A DNA stretch of 60,276 nt from Eubacteriales bacterium (GCA_031549455.1 JAVBPT010000007.1:1-60276), one strand, 5' to 3'; positions 27,561-37,697 are shown, counted from the first letter of the stretch. Translations and numbers: made by a program. Notes: a model not told the origin generated them from the letters alone.

Positions 27561-27913
27561 AATCAAACCCCTCCTAAATAAATTTTAAATTCTCTTATCG
27601 CTTAATACAAACCTATATTATCATAGTAATTTTTCAATGTCAACTAAATAGTAAAAATTCTTTAAATATTACAAATATAGTAAGAAACTTCTAGAATATG
27701 GGTAAAATGGCTGACATTACGGATTCAAATAAGTTTTAAAATAAGTGGATAAACTCATTTTTTTGTGCTATCATTTTTAAGTAGATTCAAAATTTGAATT
27801 TAGAAAAAAGAGAGAAGCGGTTCACGCTTTCGTAGACTTTTGTCATCTACTATAATTAGTAGGATACTTTACAAATTTTAAAAAAATGTTATCATAATAG
27901 AAAAGGAAAACAT

Positions 27914-28984
27914 ATGGGAAAGGTTTTAACATTCAATGAAATTTTTAATACAGTCTCTGAATTTGACGTCTCGGACATTCACCTGAACGTGGGATATAAA
28001 CCAGCTGTTCGGGTTTATGGGGACATTATTTTTCTAGACCAATTTCCGGTCATTGAGGATACGGATATGAGGGCCATGGCAGAAGAGCTTTTTATGGGAA
28101 GGATGTACCTGAAGCTTACGTATGACGCCAATGGTGAAATTGACTTCTCCTATTTTATAGGAAACCAAAGATTCAGGGTCAATCTATATAGAGTACAAAA
28201 TAAGGCGACGGTTGCAATCAGAATTGTGAAGCAACGGGTGAAAACCGCAAGTGAATTGGGCATTTTGCCGCTGGCTGAGAAGGTGGCAGAGTATACAAAG
28301 GGATTGATCTTGATTACTGGTCCAACGGGTAGTGGTAAGTCCACTACGCTTGCTGCTGTTGTGGAGCATATCAACACAGTCGAGTCCAGAAAGATCATCA
28401 CCATAGAGGATCCGGTGGAGTATAAGTTTACGCCTAATAAATGTATTATCAATCAAAGAGAACTGGGAATGGATACAAAGAGTTTTGCCAATGCACTTCG
28501 TGGTGCTTTACGGGAGGACCCGGATATCATCATGGTCGGGGAGCTTAGGGATGCGGAGACGATTAATATCGCCTTAACTGCGGTTGAGACGGGACACCTT
28601 GTGATCTCCACACTTCATACCCAAAGTGCAGCTCAGACCATTGATCGGATCATCGATGTGTTTCCGAACGAGGAACAGAATCGAATCACTAGTCAGCTTT
28701 CCTTGTCACTCAAACTGGCCGTGTCCCAAAAACTGATCAAGAATATTGACGGAGATGGCAGAGTTCTCTGTGAGGAAGTGTTAATCAACAACAGCAGAAT
28801 TATGGAACTTATTCGAAACAGGGAGACACATGAGATCATGAAGGAAATGCAAGAGGCAAATGATGGGTATACCAAAACGATGGATAAAACGCTGGCACAT
28901 CTTTTTAGAACGGGTAAAATCTCCATTGATGAGGTCAATATCAATGCGACGGATAAAGAATATATTCAAAGGTTGTTGGTATAG
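27914..28984 (+). CDS. pilT: PilT/PilU-family type IV pilus ATPase
   Basis: SDIHL, RFRVN, GPTGSGKSTT, TIEDPVEY, LREDPD, GELRD, ETGHLV.STLHT. Confidence 0.85.
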   Translation: MGKVLTFNEIFNTVSEFDVSDIHLNVGYKPAVRVYGDIIFLDQFPVIEDTDMRAMAEELFMGRMYLKLTYDANGEIDFSYFIGNQRFRVNLYRVQNKATVAIRIVKQRVKTASELGILPLAEKVAEYTKGLILITGPTGSGKSTTLAAVVEHINTVESRKIITIEDPVEYKFTPNKCIINQRELGMDTKSFANALRGALREDPDIIMVGELRDAETINIALTAVETGHLVISTLHTQSAAQTIDRIIDVFPNEEQNRITSQLSLSLKLAVSQKLIKNIDGDGRVLCEEVLINNSRIMELIRNRETHEIMKEMQEANDGYTKTMDKTLAHLFRTGKISIDEVNINATDKEYIQRLLV

Positions 28985-28986
28985 TT

Positions 28987-30426
28987 ATGAGTAAATATGA
29001 GAAAAGAAAACAGAAGAGGAATAGAAAAAGCTTTTTTGAAAGGCTTATTGTGATCACTTTTATGATGATTGTGACCTATCTTAGTTATTCTTTTTATATT
29101 TCCTATCAAAGCAGTAATACCATTGAAACCTTTGCACAGGTGGGAACGATGGAAAAGATTGTGGCAGGACGCGCCAAGATCATTAGGGACGAACAGATTC
29201 TTTATGCGCCCGCAAGCGGGGATATAGAGTACTACTATTTGGAAGGAGAAAAAGTAAAGAATAGCAGTAGGGTTATTAAGATTTACAAAAAGGATTTGAG
29301 TGTAGATATTGAAAAGAAGCTAGAGGAGATCGACCTTAACATTCTTAAGAAACAAGAAAAACGTGGGGATGTGTTGTATTACAATGATGAGATCAGAGAT
29401 ATTGATGCGTACATTTATGAACTTGTAAATGAATATATGAAATATAAGAACACCGACTATGTGTTTGACATTTATACATTAAAACGGGAGCTGCTCTCCA
29501 AAATATTGCAAAAGAGGGAATTGCTTGCAAGCGAAGAGACATCGTATACGAAGCAGGATACGGTGACACGAAATGATTACAACAACATGCTTGCCTCAAA
29601 TGTGAACTATATCACTGCGCCAGCTGGAGGGGTGATTTCTTATTATGTAGATGGATACGAGGAATATTTTACGGTGAGTAAGATCAAGATTTTAAATGAA
29701 AAATATTTACAGGTAGAACCCTCCAAATATATCATTACTTCTAAAAAGAATTATGTTAAGGAGAAAGAGGCGATTGCCAAAATCGTATCAACCGGAACCT
29801 GGTATATCACTGCGGTGCTTGATCAAAAACAAACAGAAGAATGGCAGGCCGGACAGGCGAAGAATATTCGAGTAAAAAATGTCAACGACGGAAATATTAA
29901 AGGGACCATTTATCATATTTTAGAGGATAAGAACAAGAACATTGTTACTTTTGTGGTGAGTCAGCAGCTCAATAAATATATGAGTTTTCGGGATATTGAG
30001 ATTGAGGTGATTGAAAGCAAGGTGGAGGGGATCAAAATACCCAAAGAGGCGATTATAAAAAAAGATTTACTGATTGTTCCAAATGAGTTTGTTAGCATCA
30101 ACCAAGGAAAGGAATATGTCATTCGATTGGAAGAAGGGCAAAAGAAAGCGGTCGGCGTTTCACTTCACTCCTCGGACGAGACATATGCTTATATAGAAGA
30201 AAGTGTTAAGGGAGTAAAACGCGGAGATGTGCTTGTGAGTTCAAAAGACAACAAGGAGACCACGCTAAGCGCGACAAAGGAGATTAGTGGAGTGAACATC
30301 TTAGTGGGCGATATTGTGATGTTTAAAAACATCAACATCATTGGCAGTAATCAGGAGGTTTGTATTGTGGATCAAAACGCGCCAAACAGCGTGAATGTTT
30401 ACGATAAAATAATTATAGAAAGTTGA
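28987..30426 (+). CDS. HlyD-like (barrel-sandwich hybrid/coiled-coil) membrane protein typically found upstream of yggS/sepF in Clostridia
   Basis: Basic N-terminus plus TM helix; APASG...EGEKV and APAGGVISYYVDGYE hybrid motifs flanking a helical region. Confidence 0.65.
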   Translation: MSKYEKRKQKRNRKSFFERLIVITFMMIVTYLSYSFYISYQSSNTIETFAQVGTMEKIVAGRAKIIRDEQILYAPASGDIEYYYLEGEKVKNSSRVIKIYKKDLSVDIEKKLEEIDLNILKKQEKRGDVLYYNDEIRDIDAYIYELVNEYMKYKNTDYVFDIYTLKRELLSKILQKRELLASEETSYTKQDTVTRNDYNNMLASNVNYITAPAGGVISYYVDGYEEYFTVSKIKILNEKYLQVEPSKYIITSKKNYVKEKEAIAKIVSTGTWYITAVLDQKQTEEWQAGQAKNIRVKNVNDGNIKGTIYHILEDKNKNIVTFVVSQQLNKYMSFRDIEIEVIESKVEGIKIPKEAIIKKDLLIVPNEFVSINQGKEYVIRLEEGQKKAVGVSLHSSDETYAYIEESVKGVKRGDVLVSSKDNKETTLSATKEISGVNILVGDIVMFKNINIIGSNQEVCIVDQNAPNSVNVYDKIIIES

Positions 30427-30433
30427 AAAACTA

Positions 30434-30461
30434 TTGACATGGAACTACGATATGATATAAT
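30434..30461 (+). promoter_or_regulatory. Sigma-A promoter of the sepF operon
   Basis: TTGACA (30434-30439), 16-nt spacer containing TG, TATAAT (30456-30461). Confidence 0.7.
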
Positions 30462-30520
30462 GTGGTAAACATTGATAGAGAAGTTGTTTTGAATTATATA
30501 TATTTTTTTGGAGGAAAAAA

Positions 30521-31114
30521 ATGGGGATATTTGGAAAATTAGGTGCGGCGCTTGGTTTATATGAGTATGAGGAGTATACTCCGGATGACGATGAAACCAC
30601 AACGGTTGGGTATGATAAAAGAGAATCAAAAGAAATGAGTATGAGCTATGCAAAACCTCAAACAAGTTTCACAACTCCTTTTCCACAACCTGAGCACTTG
30701 GGTTTTGATACAGACAAAAGCTTCGATTATAGTGGAACAAAACCATTTATGAAAGGATCTCCAAAGGTGATGAATTTTAATAGTGGTGATCAAATTAAGA
30801 TGATCGTGATTAATCCGGACAGTTATGATGAAGCAAGAGACATTTGCGACTACATACGTTCGAAGAGACCGGTTGTTGTCAATCTAGAAAATATGGATTA
30901 TGAAATTGCGCAAAGAGTGATGGACTTTTTGAGTGGCTCTTGTTATTCTCTAAATGGAAATATACAAAGAGTGGCAAAGAATATTTTTATTATTGCACCA
31001 GACAACATTGACGTGACTTCAGATTTTAAATCCGATATAAAGGGAAAAGGAACGCAACTTCCTTGGATGAATTTTTCAACCAAACAAAGTACAGGCACAA
31101 GTCTTAGAGGCTAA
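30521..31114 (+). CDS. sepF: Cell division protein SepF
   Basis: P.SYDEA..ICD....RPVVVNLE...AQRVMDFLSG..Y.LNG.IQRV...IFIIAP. Confidence 0.92.
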   Translation: MGIFGKLGAALGLYEYEEYTPDDDETTTVGYDKRESKEMSMSYAKPQTSFTTPFPQPEHLGFDTDKSFDYSGTKPFMKGSPKVMNFNSGDQIKMIVINPDSYDEARDICDYIRSKRPVVVNLENMDYEIAQRVMDFLSGSCYSLNGNIQRVAKNIFIIAPDNIDVTSDFKSDIKGKGTQLPWMNFSTKQSTGTSLRG

Positions 31115-31377
31115 TGATGCAAATAGAGGTGCTTAAGGTTGCGGTTCGGTATTTTATAGAGGTGCTGATGTATTTGATTTTCTTTAGAGCCTTACTTTCC
31201 TGGCTTCCGCTTGGACAGAATCGGCTAACAAACTTTTTGGATGCGGTGACAGAACCGGTGGTAAAACCCATTCGGAGCCTGCTTTCAAAATCCAGTTTTC
31301 TAAACAATATGTCAGTTGATTTCTCTCCGTTCTTTGCATTTTTGCTACTTAGTTTTTTGTCAAGTTTATTTATGTAA
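31114..31377 (+). CDS. YggT/YlmG family membrane protein
   Basis: RALLSW, VTEPVVKPIR, DFSP motifs; follows sepF. Confidence 0.88.
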   Translation: MMQIEVLKVAVRYFIEVLMYLIFFRALLSWLPLGQNRLTNFLDAVTEPVVKPIRSLLSKSSFLNNMSVDFSPFFAFLLLSFLSSLFM

Positions 31378-31385
31378 GAGGAAGT

Positions 31386-31835
31386 ATGATCATATTAAGT
31401 ATATTAGTAGCATTGGATCAGGTTGCAAAATACTTTTTTAAAAGGTTATTGCAACCTTATTATATTGAGTATGGGATAAAAGGGCTCATGAGTTTTTTGT
31501 ATGTGGAAAATCGTGGAGCCGCTTTTGGCATTTTTCAAGGCAAGGCTTTCTTTCTCATATTGGTTCCAATTCTTTCAATCTTTCTTTTGCAGTATATGAT
31601 GTACCTAAATCATAAAGAGGAGAAAAGTAGGCTATTACACTATGCACTGATCCTGATTATGGCAGGAGCAATTGGCAATCTGATCGATCGGATTGCCAGA
31701 GGATATGTGATCGACTTTATTCAGCTTGAATTTATAGATTTTCCGGTTTTTAACTTGGCAGATTGCTATGTAAACATCGGTTGTTTTCTTCTGGTTTTAT
31801 CGTGTTTTATAAAGAAGGATGAAGTAGATGGATGA
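31386..31835 (+). CDS. lspA: Lipoprotein signal peptidase II
   Basis: DQ..K, NRGAAFG, GAIGNLIDR, VIDFI, FNLAD. Confidence 0.93.
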   Translation: MIILSILVALDQVAKYFFKRLLQPYYIEYGIKGLMSFLYVENRGAAFGIFQGKAFFLILVPILSIFLLQYMMYLNHKEEKSRLLHYALILIMAGAIGNLIDRIARGYVIDFIQLEFIDFPVFNLADCYVNIGCFLLVLSCFIKKDEVDG

Positions 31836-32760
31836 GAAAATAGAGGCGTTTTCATATGTTGTGGAAGAGGCGGGGAGATTAGACTTATATCTAACCTCGA
31901 GTTTTGATGATTACTCCAGAACCTACATTCAGAAGCTCATTAAAGAGGACCATGTGCTTGTGAACGGGGTGAGTAGAAGAGCGAGTTATATTCTGAAAAA
32001 AGATGATGTGGTGACGTTGCAGGTTAAACCACCCCAAGAGACGGCTGTTTTGCCTGAGGACATTCAGCTGGATATTTTATATGATGATGATGATATTGTG
32101 ATTGTGAATAAAAAACAGGGGATGGTGGTCCATCCCGCGCCTGGAAATAATAGTGGTACACTTGTCAATGCGTTGGTCTACCATTATAAGGATAAACTCT
32201 CAGAGGTCAATGGCGTTTTAAGACCGGGGATTGTCCATCGGATTGATAAAGATACGGCGGGCATTCTTGTCGTTGCTAAAAACACCAAGGCACACATAGA
32301 CCTATCTGAGCAGTTTAAGGTACATAGCATTACTAGAGTATATCATGCAATTGTGGTTGGCAATATGAAAGAGGATAAGGGGACGATTGATAAACCCATT
32401 GGCAGATCAGAAAAAGACAGGAAAAAAATGGAGGTCACCACTAAAAACAGTAGAAGAGCGGTTACAAATTTTAGGGTTTTGGAACAATTAGACGGTTTTA
32501 CCCATGTGGCCTGTAGGCTTGAGACGGGCAGAACACATCAGATCAGAGTTCACCTATCCTATATCGGATATCCCATTTTGGGGGATCAAACGTATCAGAG
32601 AAATCAAAGTTTAAATGAGAAATATAGCCTCGAAGGTCAGCTTTTATTTGCAAAGAAATTGGGATTTATTCATCCCACCACGAGAGAATATATTGAGTTT
32701 GAGGTGGAGCTACCAGATTATTTTAAAGAGATGTTAGAAAGATTAAAGGCGAGGAATTAG
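31828..32760 (+). CDS. rluD: RluA/RluD-family pseudouridine synthase with S4 domain
   Basis: RLD...SR..IQKLI S4 domain, VNK..GMVVHP, HRIDKDT catalytic Asp, TGRTHQIRVH. Confidence 0.88.
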   Translation: MDEKIEAFSYVVEEAGRLDLYLTSSFDDYSRTYIQKLIKEDHVLVNGVSRRASYILKKDDVVTLQVKPPQETAVLPEDIQLDILYDDDDIVIVNKKQGMVVHPAPGNNSGTLVNALVYHYKDKLSEVNGVLRPGIVHRIDKDTAGILVVAKNTKAHIDLSEQFKVHSITRVYHAIVVGNMKEDKGTIDKPIGRSEKDRKKMEVTTKNSRRAVTNFRVLEQLDGFTHVACRLETGRTHQIRVHLSYIGYPILGDQTYQRNQSLNEKYSLEGQLLFAKKLGFIHPTTREYIEFEVELPDYFKEMLERLKARN

Positions 32761-33632
32761 GTCTCCACAGCCACTTCCTGAGGCTTTGCTACTGTATATA
32801 GAATGTCTATGTATGCATTTGTAGTCATGGCAAGAAGATCGTCCCCCTCTATTTGCATTCCTTGATTTAGGTGATCGCACACAAGTGATTTTAAGGAGAA
32901 AAGGGACTCTTCATCCGATAAATTCAAATCGCTTGCTACAAGCAAGGTAACCATTGCGGCATTTAAATCCGCGTCATAGGTAAGATTTTCTAGCTGATCA
33001 TCGGTTACATCATATTTAGAACAGAACTCACTATTTTTACTTGTGAAGTCTTGAATTCGGATGTCCCGACCTTCTATAAATAAAAGCTTGAGTCGGTTTA
33101 AAGAGGTTTTTAGACTCGGAATCAGAACACTAGGATTCTCTTCAACTTCTTCCGTTCCAAAAAGCGAGACAAATATTTTGAGTCGTGAGGCAAGTCCATC
33201 AAAGCTTTTTGACAGAAGGAATGGGCACTTATTGACCATCCGAATTGGATTCAATCCAAGACACTTTATGGACTCCAAAGAGGAAATCATATTTTCCTCA
33301 GAGCAGGTGAGCGACTTTGGGTTGGTTTCTAGGACCTTTTTCCAGTCGAGAGAAATGCCATTGCAGCTTAATTCTCTTAACTGTTCCGCTCTGGTATTGA
33401 TTGTCTCCATACGATGGTCTAATAGTTTTGTAGAAAAGCATAACTGTTCCCCTTTTAACTTAAGGGAGAGCATTTTTTTATAGTCAAGTCCAAGTTGTCG
33501 AATGTTTAAAACCTTCATAAAAGCGGTTTCGCACGTGGTGGCGGTGTCTCCCTGATAAGCGATTAAGATTTTTAGTAAGTATTCGGCTTCACTTTTGGTG
33601 AACCCTTTTTCCATAATCTCTTCTATTCTCAT
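32757..33632 (-). CDS. Hypothetical protein with mTERF-like helical repeats (~291 aa)
   Basis: AAAAGG RBS before ATG 33632. Repeats NPKSLTCSEENM...LGL, CPFLLSKSFDGL..RL and NPSVLIPSLKTSLNRL, with prolines 32 and 30 aa apart. Confidence 0.6.
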   Translation of the reverse strand: MRIEEIMEKGFTKSEAEYLLKILIAYQGDTATTCETAFMKVLNIRQLGLDYKKMLSLKLKGEQLCFSTKLLDHRMETINTRAEQLRELSCNGISLDWKKVLETNPKSLTCSEENMISSLESIKCLGLNPIRMVNKCPFLLSKSFDGLASRLKIFVSLFGTEEVEENPSVLIPSLKTSLNRLKLLFIEGRDIRIQDFTSKNSEFCSKYDVTDDQLENLTYDADLNAAMVTLLVASDLNLSDEESLFSLKSLVCDHLNQGMQIEGDDLLAMTTNAYIDILYTVAKPQEVAVET

Positions 33633-33650
33633 ATTCAACCTTTTTGGAAG

Positions 33651-33679
33651 ATTATACCATTTCCATGGAGCTCTGTCAA
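33651..33679 (-). promoter_or_regulatory. Perfect-consensus extended sigma-A promoter for the mTERF-like gene
   Basis: Minus strand: TTGACA (33679-33674), 17-nt spacer ending TGG, TATAAT (33656-33651). Confidence 0.85.
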
Positions 33680-33758
33680 TACCATTCAGAGATTTTATAT
33701 TGTAAAAACATTTTTTAGTTATATAATAAGTGTAAGAATCTTGTCGAAAGAGGTCCAT

Positions 33759-36305
33759 ATGAGAGGTAAAATAGTTTTATTGTTTTTCATTTGCATAACC
33801 AGTCTATTGTTTTCAATATCTGCATGGGCGGATTTTAGTGATCTAAAATCCACAAGCTGGGCATACCATCCGGTGAAGCAACTAGTGGGTAAAAATGTTT
33901 TAACAGGATATCCAGACGGGACATTTAGACCAGATGCCTTTGTGTCTCGCTATGAGTTCGCAAAGATTATGACGCTTGCCATCAATCTGTCGAATGCAAC
34001 CAATGTGGAAGAAACTTTTTTGGATGTCAAACAGGCCAGCTGGGCCTATCCTTATGTTGAAGCAAGCAAGTTTTATCTTTCGGGTTACAATATATCAGGC
34101 GATTCCTATTTTATGGGAAATGAAGAGGCCGTTCGAGAAGACATGGCGGTTGCACTTGTAAAGGCCCTAAGTATTGAGGTTGGAAACGATGATACAGAGG
34201 CGTTAAAAACCATCTTTAAAGACCATCAGGAGATTGCTTCAAACCTCAAAAAGTATGTTTTGGCCGCCTATAAGAATGGACTCATTAGCGGATATCCGGA
34301 TGGCACGTTTCGTCCCCAAGGAAAGATCACAAGAGCAGAAACGGCCAGCCTGCTCATTAAGGTGATGGGCTCAGAGGCGATTAAGAAGGTGAGCTACGAC
34401 GAATTTGGAAAGATTAAACACACTGTGAACGTGACGTCCACCTATCCGGAGAGAGACCAAAAGGACGTTCTATCAGGAAAACAAGTGATTAAGGTATGGT
34501 TTAGCAACGTGCTGGGAAGGCCTTTACATGGTGAGTACTGGGGCGCACGAGTGATGAATAAAAACGGAGAGATCATTGCGAATAAGATCAATTTTGCGGA
34601 TGAGAATCTCATCACCATTGATGCCGATCTACTTGCCGAGGAAACCTATACTGTGACCCTAAAGGGGTTAGTGGATCGGTATCAAAATCGAATAGAAGAG
34701 AATAGCTTTACTTTTAACACAAAAGAAAATGATAAGAGCGGAGTGGGCTCGACAGTGCCAGCAAGCGGGGTGACCATTCAAACCGTAAAAGAGATCCGGG
34801 TAATCTATTTAAAAGATGTGAATCTTACTCTTGACCAGTTTTACATCGAGGATGAGATGGGTGTGAGCAAAAAGCATCTGTTCTCTGAATGTGTTATGGA
34901 ATCAGAAAGAGTAGCAGTATTTAAAATGGCAGAGGGAGCACTTACTGGTGGGAAATATACTATCACACTACTTGGGGTAAGAGAGATAGGCAAAGAAGTC
35001 TTGCCAACGTATCAGTTTTCCTTTACTGTAACCCAGGAAAAGGCAAGCTTTAATTTCCTGGGTTCGGTGCCGTCCAACGGCTCGCGGATCGATGTTTCGG
35101 GAACCAATCTGCTGCTTAGTTTTGACAAAGAAATCACAAAAGAGAACGTGAAGGTTACCATTACACCCAATCGCGATGGGAAGGCCACGTATGATGTGGG
35201 GATGGATAAACTAGAACCAAGAAAATTGATGATTACGTTAAATCATTTAGAAGAGAATACCGATTATCATATTTTGATAGAAGGCATTTGGGATGCGGAC
35301 AAGACCTCCGCACTGAGGGTTAATTTATACCACATGACAAAAACCACCACCAAGTTCTTGAGTATTAGCCCCAAAGACAACAGCTCCATTCTTGCATCAG
35401 ACAGCTATGCAACCTTATACTTCAGTGATAAGGTGGATATTTCAAAGGCAAAGGCCACCATTGATCCCAATCACAATGGAGAGACGAAACTAGAATTAAA
35501 GTATAGTGAAGGAGCCCTCCCAAAGGAGACCTTGCTGTTATACTTTAAAAATTTGGAGGCCAATAAAAAGTATGATATTTTGATTGATGGTTTGAGAACC
35601 ACCTCAGGTGCTCTGATGGTTCCGATTCAACTGGTTTATACCACCATCGAAACAAGTAAGGTCTCGATCATCAAAACAAATGTCAGTCAGGGTCAAAAAA
35701 ATGTGAAACGAAACCAAGTCTTTTCAATCGAGTTTAGTCAGGGGGGAATTGATTCAAAGTATGTTGCGGGAAGAAGCCTAAGGCTTGAGATGTGGAGGGA
35801 CGGAAAGTATGAGTACTCCTATGAACATTTGTTTAAGAATGAAAAAGGGGATCAGGTTTTCATCTATTTTGATAAACCACTAAAAGCACAATCGAATTAT
35901 ACGATCAAGGTGAAGGATATTTTGGATCAACAGGGGAACCAAATACACGATGTATATGAGTTGAACTTTACAACGGGGGATGTACTAGAAGAGAATAAGG
36001 AAAAACTCGTTCTGGGAGATTATAGTGAAGCCGCTAAAAAGGGCGAGGTGTATATAGTAGATCAGAATCATACAAAGATATTGAAGATAGAGATTGATGA
36101 AGCGGCTAAAAAGATACTCGATAAACTCTTTAAAGCAGACGGGACATACAACACGGATCTTGTAACGATTCATGTTGGCACAACGGGTTCGGGATTGGGT
36201 AAGCAGGAGCTGAGAATTTATAATCTAAACGGGTGGTCGGCATTGTTTGACGGCACCTGCAGTGATGAGGATTTTGAGAAATATATGGAACAAAAAGCAA
36301 GGTGA
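33759..36305 (+). CDS. S-layer homology (SLH) protein with multiple Ig-like (SbsA/Big_5-type) domains
   Basis: Signal peptide ending AWA; SLH motifs FSD...WA, GYPDGTFRP..(VS/IT)R.E; repeated 'S.P......V.....I...F' Ig-like units. Confidence 0.85.
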   Translation: MRGKIVLLFFICITSLLFSISAWADFSDLKSTSWAYHPVKQLVGKNVLTGYPDGTFRPDAFVSRYEFAKIMTLAINLSNATNVEETFLDVKQASWAYPYVEASKFYLSGYNISGDSYFMGNEEAVREDMAVALVKALSIEVGNDDTEALKTIFKDHQEIASNLKKYVLAAYKNGLISGYPDGTFRPQGKITRAETASLLIKVMGSEAIKKVSYDEFGKIKHTVNVTSTYPERDQKDVLSGKQVIKVWFSNVLGRPLHGEYWGARVMNKNGEIIANKINFADENLITIDADLLAEETYTVTLKGLVDRYQNRIEENSFTFNTKENDKSGVGSTVPASGVTIQTVKEIRVIYLKDVNLTLDQFYIEDEMGVSKKHLFSECVMESERVAVFKMAEGALTGGKYTITLLGVREIGKEVLPTYQFSFTVTQEKASFNFLGSVPSNGSRIDVSGTNLLLSFDKEITKENVKVTITPNRDGKATYDVGMDKLEPRKLMITLNHLEENTDYHILIEGIWDADKTSALRVNLYHMTKTTTKFLSISPKDNSSILASDSYATLYFSDKVDISKAKATIDPNHNGETKLELKYSEGALPKETLLLYFKNLEANKKYDILIDGLRTTSGALMVPIQLVYTTIETSKVSIIKTNVSQGQKNVKRNQVFSIEFSQGGIDSKYVAGRSLRLEMWRDGKYEYSYEHLFKNEKGDQVFIYFDKPLKAQSNYTIKVKDILDQQGNQIHDVYELNFTTGDVLEENKEKLVLGDYSEAAKKGEVYIVDQNHTKILKIEIDEAAKKILDKLFKADGTYNTDLVTIHVGTTGSGLGKQELRIYNLNGWSALFDGTCSDEDFEKYMEQKAR

Positions 36306-36421
36306 TTTTTCATCTTGCTTTTTGTTAGGATGCTCCTCATGACACAAATTTTTTCAAAAGGCTGAGCCATATACTTTTTACTTTTTTTATGATACAATCT
36401 AGACAAAACAAGGAGAAAATC

Positions 36422-37657
36422 ATGATACCACTAGCGGAAAGGATCCGTGCAGAGAAAATTGAAAATGTGGTGGGGCAAAAGCATTTGCTTGCACCCGGGA
36501 AAGTACTACGCAAGCTTATTGAGCAGAATGAGTGTGTCAATATGATCTTTTATGGGCCCTCTGGGGTGGGAAAGACAACCGTTGCCAACATTCTAGCAAA
36601 CGGTGTGAAGAAGACTTTATATAAGCTCAATGCAACCAATGCTTCCGTAAAAGACATTCATGCGATTATTGCGGATCTTAATCGACTGGACACCCAAAAT
36701 GGGGTGGTTCTCTATCTGGATGAGATCCAAAACTTTAATAAAAAGCAGCAACAATCTCTTCTTGAATATGTGGAAAGAGGGGATATTACACTCATTGCAA
36801 GCACCACGGAAAATCCATATTTTTACGTCTATGGGGCACTTTTAAGCCGGTGCCTGGTTTTTGAGTTTAAAAAGATTGAACCGAGCGAGATTAAAGAATT
36901 CCTGGAGCGGGTTTGTGAAGAGGAGAAGATTGAGCTGGAAGAATCAGCCATTTTCCATATCTCGAACTTTGCAAACGGGGATATTCGGAGGGCTTTAAAT
37001 GTGATCGATATTCTAATGATCGATCACCCAAAAGGGAAAAAAATTACTTTGTCTGAGGTTGAGGATACAATCGGACTTAAATATATGGATTATGATAAAT
37101 ATGGAAACAACCATTACGATATTCTAAGTGCTTTTCAGAAGTCTATTCGGGGAAGTGACCCAGATGCGGCACTTCATTACTTGGCAAGGCTAATCGAGGC
37201 CGGAGACCTTTTCTCAATTATAAGAAGATTACTTGTGATTGCGGCAGAGGATGTGGGACTTGCCTACCCAAGCGCGATCACGGTTGTAAAATCTTGCACC
37301 GATGCGGCCAAAGAGGTGGGCTTTCCCGAGGCAAAGATTCCTCTTGCGGAGGCGGTCATCCTTCTTGCAATCTTACCAAAGTCAAACTCAGCCGTAGAGG
37401 GGATTGATGCTGCTCTTAGAGATCTCGAAACAAAGGATGTGGGAGCGATCCCGCTTCACATCCGTGACGTGAATAGCGCGATGAAGAAAAATAAAGGGAT
37501 GTATGTGTATCCTCATGATTATCCAAACCATTATGTGGATCAGGCTTATCTGCCAGAGAAGATTAAAAATCAGGTTTATTATGACTTTGGAAATAATAAG
37601 TTTGAGGATGGCTTGAAAAAATATTGGGAAGAAATAAAGAAAAGTGGTCAAAAATAA
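36422..37657 (+). CDS. rarA: Replication-associated recombination protein A (MgsA/RarA AAA+ ATPase)
   Basis: PLAERIR, VGQKHL, GPSGVGKTT, STTENPYF, SAFQKSIRGSDPDAA, PKSNS; AAGGAG RBS. Confidence 0.92.
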   Translation: MIPLAERIRAEKIENVVGQKHLLAPGKVLRKLIEQNECVNMIFYGPSGVGKTTVANILANGVKKTLYKLNATNASVKDIHAIIADLNRLDTQNGVVLYLDEIQNFNKKQQQSLLEYVERGDITLIASTTENPYFYVYGALLSRCLVFEFKKIEPSEIKEFLERVCEEEKIELEESAIFHISNFANGDIRRALNVIDILMIDHPKGKKITLSEVEDTIGLKYMDYDKYGNNHYDILSAFQKSIRGSDPDAALHYLARLIEAGDLFSIIRRLLVIAAEDVGLAYPSAITVVKSCTDAAKEVGFPEAKIPLAEAVILLAILPKSNSAVEGIDAALRDLETKDVGAIPLHIRDVNSAMKKNKGMYVYPHDYPNHYVDQAYLPEKIKNQVYYDFGNNKFEDGLKKYWEEIKKSGQK

Positions 37658-37697
37658 AAATATATGTTATGATGATTTTAATACTGGAGGGAAATAA

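Noticed and set aside
33633-33758. Longer N-terminus for the mTERF-like ORF (track start 33758)
   Set aside because: That stretch contains the gene's own consensus promoter and overlaps the divergent SLH gene leader; ATG 33632 has an RBS.
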